A DNA stretch of 64,000 bases, taken from the NCBI RefSeq assembly GCF_031769215.1, contig NW_026782134.1:496001-560000 (forward strand), written 5' to 3'. A model generated the notes under the pieces. The model ran no database searches and was not told the origin of the DNA. It saw only the letters and a list, made by a program, of their open reading frames with translations. Positions 37,167 to 48,768 of the stretch are shown here, piece by piece. The position numbers and the translations under genes are program-made. Each line of letters starts with the position of its first letter. Positions within the stretch are counted from its first letter, which is position 1. This DNA comes from Ylistrum balloti (Eukaryota).

Positions 37167-40100
37167 TTTTCTATGACCAGGATCTGGGAACCAACTTCAG
37201 GCTCCCTCCGGTAACATTTACATAAAATGCTGTTATGATTCTACTTAGAGTAGCTATTTCATTAAACCTCTCATTTCCACTCAGATACTATAAATAGGAC
37301 TGATTTCGGAAATACCGATTAAACCAGAAATATGCTTTTAGTTTTTAATACCTATGAAATGGAAAATTTGTGTCTAAAGAAACCCTCTTCACAAATTATC
37401 TAAAACTGTTGTGATAGTGACAATGAGAAACACAAACAGTAATAGTAGAAGTTATTCTAATGCAGAAACAGAGCCAAATACGACGAACAAGTGGTATAAA
37501 TACACGCGTAAATGTTGATTTCGAAAAGACGTCACCTTTATAAGAAAAAAACCATGATGACATTGATAAAACATGCTTTGGTACGACTAAATACATCAAC
37601 CAATGCTAACAACACGTATTCCACGTGTCCACAGTTAAGTGTTTGGTGTTATATATTTTAACCCAGTACAGTGTTCGTGATGTATACATTGTGTCACCGT
37701 CAAATCTGTTTTCTAAACAGAATGGAACAAAGGGGATTTCACGGAGCACATGCAGACGCAATACACATACTATTCACAGATTTTTTCGGTACAGATCCAT
37801 AATTTTTAATTTGACATTAATTAAATGTATGGAGCTTTGTGTCGGGTGCGGACCATTTGTCAGTATAGGCTGTTGATAAGGGTTTACGGTTGATTAATTC
37901 CACTTTTCTCAGTCTGTTTGTCTCCAACGTCACCAAAAAGGTTTACCTTCAGTGCAAAACTTGCACCTGCCAGTGACGTCACAGAAAACCGTGTACCACC
38001 GGTTCAAAATGCCGACAATCATTTTGGGAAGGTGACATCCCCAGCCAAGTAAACATACGATCATGGCCTGTTTAACGCTGATCTCTTATCTTAAATATAT
38101 ATACTTAATTCCCATTTAATATCAAGCTCCTTAATCTATATGCCCCAGTAAATACGCGTGTCGACCATCTGCTAGATTCACAAATGTTTCTCTTGTTTGA
38201 GTTGACCTTTGTCGCTTTTTAGAAAGAAACAGATTCCTTCACAATGTGTTGTAACGGAATGATAAGATCGAGAAGTGATTCAAAGGGGGTATATCTGTTG
38301 TGAAAGCGAAATGTAGCCGTAATGGTAGTAATGACAACGGGTAGTTGGTTCTGTTTACACTTGCTGTGTGTTTTAGGATGAAGTCGGCCTCTTTGACCAG
38401 TACAGAGTCAATATCAAGCTTAATTCAGCAGAAAATACGACCACATCTTCATTTGAATAGGAAAGGAGTTTTACCTCCACAAATATACACATCAAATAGT
38501 TTATTTAGTGTAAATCGTAACCCTTTTCTCATCACGTGAAAGACTGCGAATATTTGCATGGATGGAGGAGCGTTCTTTTAATATCGTCACCTCGCCTAGA
38601 GTATTGAGATAATTCCAAACAATTGCCCGAGCGTTCTGTTAGGTTAATAGCTCCCCGGGGTATCTGTAACCCAGGGACCTTTACTGCCAACTCATTATTT
38701 AGAGGTCTATCCTTAGCTAGAACCTAACACCTTACGATATACCTGTCAATTTTATTTCTGAAGTTTATGTCATTTGAAATCAATAACCGATCTAAATATA
38801 TGTATATACTCAATAATACATGAAAAGAAGTAGGCTTCAAGTTTTACTTACTCGTCCTTAAGTCTTTTATACTGGTTAGGATATTAAATCGTGTCCTTTG
38901 AAAAATATTCGTGCTTAACTGGTAAATAAATCGATTAGTGTGTTTGTATTACATTTATGATGACGTTTGTATTCATCTTCTATGTAGATTAGGTACGATA
39001 ATGGTGAAATTAAATGTTTAGTTTGTATGCATTATGCATGTTTACATGTATATTGAAACGATATACAGAAAACATTCCTCACGCGGCCTACGTCAATATT
39101 TACCGATGTGTACGGATTTGATCGGTCCATAATGATTCTAATAGTTGCATGAACCAGCAGATTTAAATTTAATTAAACAAATGCTTTCAGGCTTCATATT
39201 TAAACTTATAGATTAGGGAATTGTATATGTCCTTGGTAAAATATTGCATATTTCAGCAAATTTAGAGACTCCCGTGAACGAGGCCTGATATTTATCAATC
39301 TGTTAGCGTGTATTCATGAAGTTTGTTCTGGGAAGCTTTAATCAATGCTCAGTTTTGTATAAAAACCAAATTAAACAACTAAATAGCAAATTTTATATTC
39401 GACTTTCGTCAATATTGCGATAATCTCCATACTTTATATTACATCAACAAAAATGAGCACTCAAGTTCGATCCTTATGACAATGTTTTCTATAAATAAAT
39501 ACGTTTTCATATTGTATAAGTGCATACTAAATTGATATTGTAGTTTAAAGAAGTGTTAATTTCGTTTTGACAAGTTTCGGTCTACTTGAGAAAAAAAGTA
39601 CATATATGTTTAGCTGGAGACATTGTAACGATAAGAATATTGTTTAAGTTTAAAGGTGAGAACATTTATGTTAATAAAGAATCGACCATGAATGGTTAAT
39701 CTAGGCACTTGCTCTTAAGATTTTAAAATACAAATAAAATCTAAAATCCGTGTTTAGATTCATGGTTAAATTAATGCCCTTGGGAGTCAGAATTTATTAT
39801 AATCCTTCATGGTCAGCAAAAAGGAGTTAAAGGATCAAAGGCAATATGGGGTTATATACAAATACTTAACTGGAGTTTCTTCTGTAATCGCCAAGATAAT
39901 TCAACATAATTGAGGAGATTTCACATAAGTTTCTGTATTGTTTGTGATCAATTCGATTATAGTTAAGACCCTGCCGACAATTGTTGACGTTTCCGATCCA
40001 GTCATTCCCCAGAGTGGCTTTGGAGTATAATTGTCAGAACTAAATTTTAGTTATCCAACTTTTACCAACAGTTTCCAAACCCGGCGCGTTCTATTCTGAA

Positions 40101-42384
40101 CGTCACTTCAGTGCGGTGCGTTCAATTACATGTCCCACTTTCAAGCATTCGCGATATGACGTAATTCTTGTAATATTTACCAAGTCAGTGCTTTATCTTG
40201 GAATACAATAATTACATCTAGTGTTGTAATTGCTGTAGAGATTTGAGTTCGAGTGTCTTGTTTGTACTTATATTAGCACAAGGATTTAATCAGCCAGCCC
40301 CCGTGTTAGATAATACACAATCACCAGCATGCCTCCAATCCATTATGCTGAATCACAAACATTGGTGATAGCAACCTCTATATCTAAACGGCACGATGGA
40401 CTGCTATCGGCAACCCTCACGGAAATTGAAAGCTAATTCAAACAAAACATTCCAAATTTGCTGAGAATTATAGTATATAGGTATTCGATAGGAGTTTATA
40501 CCACACAGATTATCGATCTTTGATAGCCCTTATCGTTTTAGCAGTAGTGCGCCTCGGGGGTTCGCTCTGTAATTTCCAATCTCTTATTGACAACGTGCAT
40601 AGAAAGGATTGTTCACAATTCAACTGAACAAATCCTCAAAGTTTAATGTAGAAATAAAAATATACAAATGGAATCGCGTACATCATATTTTTGTGAAATA
40701 AATAACATGCGAGTCAGTCGCATAAGTAATAAGCTGGGGATAGGATCTACTTGATTTTTGTGTCATGGAGGAACTGGGACGTTGTCACGTTCAGTGGGAA
40801 CACCGTTATAAGGCGACATGTTTCTCGGACGTCGTCACAGTGATATGATTTGAGAACATCGTCATAAGATGTGATACTAATTAGTCGCCATACATGGCTC
40901 TTTGCCAGTGTGTCGTTTCTAAAATAGACGCAAAAAGGACTAAGCAACCCAAGAGATCATGTCCGCGTTCAAAACGAATACTGCTATTATACAGAAGAAT
41001 TAATCTTTTGTAAATATCACAATCTACAATAGTTATTGAAGTAACAATACCCAAACATTGTCTCGTTATTACGTAACTAAGCGTGACAGAGATGGTCACT
41101 CGATTACATAACTACCGCCTATGTAACGGGAACCGGGAGACGATTAGGGAGTGATTTCCGCCTTTCACCATGCTCTTTGAAATTCCGTCACGGGCTATCT
41201 GCGGGTAGATCTACCCCGGTTCACTATATCTCCATTTCACGTCAAAATTGTGGTCTGAGAAATATCCTGCAGACATATACAAGGGTGTGCTACAGCTCAG
41301 TAAACAATGGAGAAGAATGTGACGACTTCCTGAGACATGTACAACACCGTCTTATGCCAATATTTGGCGATAAACGATTCTCTTCACGCTCAGGTTTAAC
41401 GAGAGCACCCCTGAAGGTATCACACACGCGACAGTCGTCGGCTTTCGCGATGTCATCAAGTTCGCTGGGAGTCCTGCTGTTATGGACTTCTTGGCAGTTG
41501 ACACTGTGGTCCCCGAAGGTGAAGCGCCGGACCGAATTTGACACAACATTAACAAGTTTGGTGATGTGTTCTATTGGTCAATCATTAGAAATCAACATTT
41601 CAGCAATCATTGATGGTCAGTTATTGTACAGGTCTGATAAGAAAATCACAGGTCATTATCGAAAAATGGCCGTTCAGTTTTATTGTTATGGGTAACTAGT
41701 CGTACGTGTTGGTGTCTTAGCTCCGGCGGGGTCCTTATTAATAAAGCAATCTTATTTCTGGTCCCATTCTAACATACATTCCTTAACTCGAGGAAAATTA
41801 CAATAATTGGAGTTAAAGAACGCGTCATAATGATGGGCATTTTTATTAACTTCTGATATGATTATCAAGTTCATGAACGGTCGTTAAACTACAGCCTACT
41901 ACAACTAAGAATGTATCCTAAACCTCAATTTCTGTCATTAAGGTTTTTACATTACGTTACAGCGACGTACCGAGTTCCGTATAAATTCCGGAATCTTTGG
42001 TGTTATAATGTAACAACTATAGAGATTTCTTTTATATGTCATTGGATGTATTTGACCTTACACATGTATTTGTAATCGAAAAAGTAACAAGTTTAACAAT
42101 TGAGCAATCTCTGTTTGTTATATTTTAGTAAGCATTGTAAAGGAAATATTTTTAATTTTTCGAGATGGATAATATTATTCATATATACCAATAAGGTTTC
42201 TTACCAATGGATTCCTCAGAAAAAAAATGTCAATCGTTACCGATGAAATTGTTTAACAGCAGCACTAAGGTCAAAAAACGAAGGTGATAGACTTTGATAC
42301 AAGCAAAGCATTTTAGAGAATTTGGCATAATGGTCTGATATAGAAATTAAACAGAATAAGTGACACAGCATCCACACCGCTAAG

Positions 42385-42455
42385 GTGCATCCACCGGTTA
42401 AAGAGACCCGAATGCATCCGCCGGTTAGTCGAAGCGACACAGTGCATCTGCCGGT
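42385..42455. repeat. Short degenerate tandem repeat (TGCATCYRCCGGT core, 3 copies)
   Basis: gtgcatccaccggtt, atgcatccgccggtt and gtgcatctgccggta. Confidence 0.7.
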
Positions 42456-44539
42456 AAGCAATTAATACGGAATATGTTAGTGTTGCTGGCGCTTTAAGAT
42501 ATGAATTCATCACTTTTTAGAATGTGTAATGTATTAGATGACCAATTCTGACGTCTAAATTCAATCATCAGGGTGAGGGAGCTTGATACTGAAGAAATGG
42601 CAATTTCTCAGTAAAGGACGTAAATAGTATAGCCATTGTGTGTAAACATTCTGACACGGACGCTGGGTTTAGAATAGAATTAGGTTTCTACTTGCAATAT
42701 CTAAGGCCGATATCCTGAAAGAAATTAAATTTTTACCTGCAGGATCATGTTACTGTTTGTTACCACATGGACTATGTTATTGTAAGGTTCTTCTCTCCAA
42801 CAAAAACATAAATATATCTTTAGTAACACTTACCTTTTATATTTTTATGTTATGTCATTAAAACCGCAAACAGCCCCCCCTCTCCAACCCACACACACAC
42901 TCACATACACACACGCACACGTTATCTGAAGAAACGACACGAAATCATGATTTTGTTATATACTTTGTCTTCTCCAGGAATTTAACGTTTCGCGGGGTTT
43001 GTCGGGGTTGGTGATTTTTATATATATATATATAAAGGTTTTGTTTTAAATTCCCCTTTACACCAGACGTCAGCATGATTAAAGTACAGCTGTATGCCAT
43101 ATCAAGATAAGAGAAATATCAAGATAGGAGTCCGTTTTACTAATAGAGGCGGACGACTCCATCAGACACTGGAGAAGCAACATCTGCTGGTCTTATTTTA
43201 TTGGTGATAGGGTTAATATACGTTGTTCGTTTACATTTCTGTCATCAATAAGTTCATTGTTCATTTAAACAAATTACACAATTTTTTACGTACCGATTCG
43301 ACAATGCATTGAATTATTATTTGGCAATAAAAAGTCAAACATCATTGAGTCGCCATATGTAATTGTCTCTTCAGCTTTAATTAATATTTAATCTAAGATC
43401 TTTTTGTTTCTTTCGTTGATAAATCATTTTTATTTAAACACATGTCGACCGTTTTCTGAAATTTAATTGCTGCCATTATCATCAATATTTGACGGGTACA
43501 TGGGACGGGTTCGGGGACAAGGGTAGTAGTTCTTCGATGCTGATATGTAAAGCAATGTCACCAATTACAGTTTGGAACATGGTAATGCCGCGGACAGCAA
43601 TTACACTGTAATTACTACATCAATCAAACATAACACTGATAGGCTTCGCGAGCAACATGCGCACGGCTCTACCTTACTTGAAACGTTTTCTTTTCTTCTG
43701 TGCATTCGATTGCATCCACAAAACACTATCGGCATGTATCAATTCATCTCGGTTATCGTTTGGGTACATCGTACAATAGTTATTGAACACACCTGATATC
43801 CAAATGGAGTCATTTAAAACCACTTAAATGCATCAGTGATTTTTTTCCAAGTAGTAGTATTGATCAGCAATAACATTCGATGCGTTTCACGACTTGAACG
43901 GCCATTGTGGTTTATAGACCAGCTACATCCGGGCTACGACAGATGTGCGGCACGCGCCGGCACACGCCATATGACGCGACGCCTTTGTCGTGTTATGTAG
44001 AGGTTGATTGGGCTCCCGTGGACCATGTCAGATTCCTTTACACTCGGTCACCTGGCTCTGTAACGACGGGGGTAGCAAGCCGCTATTTCACTCAGCCCTC
44101 CTCTTCATCCGGGCCACCCGGTCACCTGCCTACCCCATGGCGTGTGTAGCAAGCCTATATTTACTTAACCGCCCCCTTCCTCCGAGCCACAATAGCAGTT
44201 ATGGGTACGTGTTGTCATATCTGTAAAAGGAAATATCGATTTTAGAGAATACATTTTTATATTCTGTATTAGATGGAACTGGTCATCAACATCAGGCAGA
44301 AAGTATAGTTCATAACTTGTCTTAAACATATTCTACTTCCCCAACGAAACACATTGAAACTCCAAGTTTTTAGTGCCTTGACAAAACCAGTTGATATTGG
44401 AATTCCTTATATGTCCATGTTTGAAATTGAAATTTGTATTATACGAAATGGACTTTTACCTGATAAAATGCATTACTTATTCATTACATGTAAATTAAAA
44501 AATGAAGTGTGCATGTCCACGAAATCGTAAAGGTTGGGC

Positions 44540-44820
44540 GGGAAAACAGTACAATGGATGTGTTTTAACACGTTTGAAACGAACATTTTCTTATTTGTCA
44601 ACAAGAAAATAAACAAGAAAGAAAAGCAAAATAATTACTCCAGAATTGAGCTGAATCATGTTTGTAATGATATTACAAGCATGCAACGGCATTGCATTAC
44701 ATCCGTAAAGCGCCGCGTGGATATGTTTTGGACTAGTACGCGGAGTCGGGCACGGGGCGGGGAAAGCGAGAATCAAGCCAGGGGAAACAGGAACAAGGGA
44801 GGATAAAATGGCGACCCATA
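44540..44820. promoter_or_regulatory. Promoter-like GC-rich segment
   Basis: GGGCGG boxes near 44544 and 44755, and a YY1-like AAAATGGCG near 44805. Motif evidence only; no linked coding exon was identified. Confidence 0.3.
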
Positions 44821-45156
44821 TTTTCTCATCGTAGCTACACAAACTACCACATTACATGTCCCTACACTAGGACTATTATCATTATTAAAGTCAGAGGTCA
44901 GATTTGTAAGATATATTAACATCCGTATTTTGAAATAATCTGAGACATATTTTAAAATTAAAAAGGAATAACACTAACATTTACCAGAGAAAGTAATGAT
45001 TTTTTTTCACTTATACAGCATACATCTGTTCCAGATTTAGTTTGATGGAGAAGGGAGTGTTCAGTTGCAAATGAGTTTGAAAATGATCAAATTCATTTGC
45101 AATTAATGTAGGTTGAGACTGCGGTTACAAGATCGAGGTCCACACCAGCTTTATTA

Positions 45157-45697
45157 GGTTATTTTAGGTTCGAGTTATTTCAGGTTATCGTTATTAAAGA
45201 CTGAGGTTATTTTAGGTTCGAGTTATTTCAGGTTATCGTTATTAAAGACTGAGGTTATTTTAGGTTCGAGTTATTTCAGGTTATCGTTATTAAAGACTGA
45301 GGTTATTTTAGGTTCGAGTTATTTCAGGTTATCGTTATTAAAGACTGAGGTTATTTTAGGTTCGAGTTATTTCAGATTATCGTTATGAAAGATTGAGGTT
45401 ATCTTAGAATCGAGTTATTTCTGGTAAACATTATTTAAGATTAAGGTTAATTAAAGTTTGAGTTATTTTAGGTTCGAGTTATTTCAGGTTATCGTTATTA
45501 AAGATTGGGGTTATTTTAGGTTCGAATTATTTCAGGTTATCGTTATTAAAGACTGAGGTTATTTTAGGTTCGAGTTATTTCAGATTATCGTTATGAAAGA
45601 TTGAGGTTATCTTAGAATCGAGTTATTTCTGGTAAACATTATTTAAGATTGAGGTTAATTAAAGTTTGAGTTATTTTAGGTTCGAGTTATTTCAGGT
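45157..45697. repeat. 48-bp minisatellite built from three diverged 16-bp subunits
   Basis: GGTTATTTTAGGTTCGAGTTATTTCAGGTTATCGTTATTAAAGACTGA at 45157, 45205, 45253 and onward. Confidence 0.96.
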
Positions 45698-46359
45698 GTT
45701 CTTTTAGCTTATAGTAATCTGAGGTTAGAATTATTTGTGGTAGATTTTGTGGGACGATTATCAGAGTTTGAAACTGTTTGTACCACAATAATTGGGTGTT
45801 GTGATATCTTGATGTTAAGATAATCAGACATAAGCTTTACATGCCGTTGTTAGAGGGTGTTGAGGGTGTTCACACCATAGAAGCTTTCACAAAATGGATT
45901 TTAGACAACTTGGTATTTCATTTGACTCTACTATATCTAATTCTAAATTCATATTGAAACTTTCTCTTTCATACGTATGACTTTTGTACAATTTACAATT
46001 AAATATTGCCGTAACCTGCTAGCCACGCTACAAAATACAAATATACATGTTAGTTTGTGGGTCTAGTGCACTTTGTCATCTCGGTTTTAATGACATTTCT
46101 TTTATTTCACTATTTCATTCAGTCTTTTGTGTAATATCTGTAATAACCCGAATGACAGCTATAACACAGAATATACCCAGTGATTTGTGGATTCAAGTTT
46201 TCCCCGAGGGTAACCTTGATACGGAAACGTGTATACAGACAAGAGGGCACGTATCGCGTAATGAAGGTGTAGAGGTAATGATTGATATCCAAGGGTTGTA
46301 TGATAAACAAACACGGGCACTATAGGGACAAACTAAAAACTAAAGCGTGTTAGTGAAAT

Positions 46360-46925
46360 GTGGGACGGAACACGGAATGGTACGCAAATTAGTTTAGTAA
46401 GAATCGGGCCAAGGAATGGCACGCAAATTACTTGAGTAAGAGGCGGCGCACGGAATAGCACGCAAATTACTTGAGTAAGAGACGGGGCACAGAATGGCAC
46501 GCAAATCAGTTTAGTAAGAATCGGGGCACGGAATGGCACGCAAATTACTTGAGTAAGAGGCGGGCATGGAATGGCACGCAAATAAGTTTAGTAAGAAGCG
46601 GGACACGGAATGGCACTCGGATCACTTCAGTTAGTGTCGGGACACGGAAGGGAACACAAATCAAATTTGTTAAGAGTCGGGACATGAAATGGCTCGCAAA
46701 TTAGATTAGGTAGTGTCGGGACGCGGAAGGGAACACAAATCAAATTTGATAAGAGTCGGGACATGAAACGACACGCAAATTAGATAAGTAACAGTCGGGA
46801 CACGGAATGGCACGCAAATCAGATTAGTAAGAGTCGGGACACGGCAGGGAACGCAACTCAATCTAGTGAGAGTCGAGACATGAAATGGCATGCAAATCTT
46901 TTTAGTAACAGTCGGGTCAAGGAAT
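46360..46925. repeat. 39-bp minisatellite (GGAATGGCACGCAAATTAGTTTAGTAAGAATCGGGGCAC), diverging toward the 3' end
   Basis: Units at 46374, 46413, 46452 and 46491. It explains ORFs 46333..46581, 46471..46704 and 46706..47011. Confidence 0.93.
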
Positions 46926-47310
46926 GATTTGGAAGTCAGTATAACTTGAAAATTGTGTCTAATGGAAACCAGTTTAACATGAGACGGAACAGGAAATGGT
47001 GCGGAAGCCACACGGAATATCTGAGGCAGTAATGAAACATTTACACGATACTTGGGCTTATTGACATATAGGGTGTTACTCGTATGAATACAAATTTTTT
47101 CGTTGAATGCATTTTAAATTCTGAAACGTGCTTTTATAAAAGTGCAAATTAGTTAGAGTATAAGATGTACTTTCATTCGTGCCAATGTACCAGTCCGTCA
47201 TTGTACATAATATTGTGCTTAATTTATACATATGGAGATACTACGTGTCACATTGATAAATATTTTATATTTACACTACAAATACTATTACTACTGCCAC
47301 CGCCACTGTA

Positions 47311-47445
47311 AGTGGAATGTAACCAGTGGGTTACATTGTACCTTTACCATGTAAAGAAAATGTGATTCCGAGCTACCACGTAGTGGAATGTAACCAGCGA
47401 GTTACATTGTACCTTTACCATGTAAAGAAAAGATAATTCCGAGCC
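47311..47445. repeat. 71-bp tandem duplication, each copy carrying two hairpins
   Basis: Copies start at 47311 and 47382. Hairpins are AATGTAACC-AGTG-GGTTACATT (47316-37) and CTTTAC-CAT-GTAAAG (47342-56). Confidence 0.9.
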
Positions 47446-47673
47446 ACAAAGCCATAAATTGAACAAATAGATAATTATACCGTTATTTCATGATATTATA
47501 GTCACAATACACAAATCATTAGAAACTTTTTGAGAAAACTTCAACAAAGATGAGATTAAATTGAGAATCTTTTTGTGGGGATATCAAAACAAACAGAAAT
47601 TAGCAAAAGTGGGTCCCACTTAAAATACAAAGCAATGTTATACGAAGTTAAGAAACCGTTACGAAAAAAAAAC

Positions 47674-48768
47674 CACGTGACCAATCTATATACGCAAATG
47701 TACAGGTGTAGTTGGCGCGTTTACAGGTAAAGTGCGATGTCGCACGTGCTGCGAGCTTTTTGTGATGTCATTTCAGAGGGAATGCAGGTGTAGTCTGAAT
47801 AGGGCGTCTACGTGTTTATAATAGATACTGGCCTCTGACGGACATGTCTTCAAAAATGTCCGACGTCGGTTCGACAAAGATCGTAAATGGAGGCATGTTT
47901 ACAAAATGTCAATATCAACAACTTTCATGTACATGTAAATACACACGCATGATATCGTCTGGAGTATTTCTCATATAAGTCAATTTTTACTTAAACGATA
48001 TCAATAAATTGTATATAACATGTATTTTCTATTCGTTTTTAAGAGAAAGTTGCGTATATTGGGTTTTAACAAAGATAACTCACAAATCATCGTGCTGCAT
48101 TTACCAGAATTTTATCGAGTAAACGACAGCGAACTCCGAACCATGACTTTATCACGTCGAATAAACTGGCCAATCAGCGCTCTTTTGTTCAGGTTCCTTT
48201 CTAAAATGGTGAATGCTATCAAAGAATGCCTCCTAGCGGAGAGGCGTGGTACTAAGGCAGATAATTCAACTGCAATGATGATATGTTCTGTGGTGTTCAT
48301 CAGTTCTTTTAGTCCAGTTTTATTAAGTTATTATGATGGCTTTGGAGATACCATGGGAGGTCATGCACATCCTGTGACGTCAACAAACATATCATTTTAA
48401 ACATAAATAGTCCCCACATTGTTTTAACCGACTTATCAATTTTATCTCCTAAATCTTATCGCGGATGTGTTCTTAATTTAAAACAAATCTAAAGAAAACT
48501 GAACGAAACGATAACAAATAATCTAAATTTAATCACGTGGAGCGATGTTTTGTCTGTTTTAGATCTAAATAAGTTCGGAAAACAAAGTTATAGAAGTCTG
48601 ATAGATAGAGTTCTATATAAAAAGGTAAATATCATCAATACTTGTGGTACATTTAAACACATACGGGCATTCAACCGATCGGTCAGAGACCGCAGTAGGT
48701 CGCAGGTTAGGACACGATAACTAGGGCAAGGACAACATTTAAAACTTAAAAATCAAATAAATCACGTG
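47674..48768. promoter_or_regulatory. Cluster of candidate cis-elements (E-boxes, CCAAT, CRE)
   Basis: CACGTG at 47674, 47743, 48534 and 48763; GGCCAATCAG at 48168; TGACGTCA at 48375. Motif evidence only. Confidence 0.3.

Noticed and set aside
46333-47011. Repetitive peptide ORFs (ICVPFR..., GTEWHAN...)
   Set aside because: These are translations of the 39-bp minisatellite, broken by stops and frameshifts.
47316-47337. Iron-responsive element
   Set aside because: The loop is CAGTGG, there is no unpaired C five bases 5' of the loop, and the second copy has CAGCGA.
48020-48400. 126-aa ORF
   Set aside because: No recognisable domain or splice support; this length is attainable by chance.
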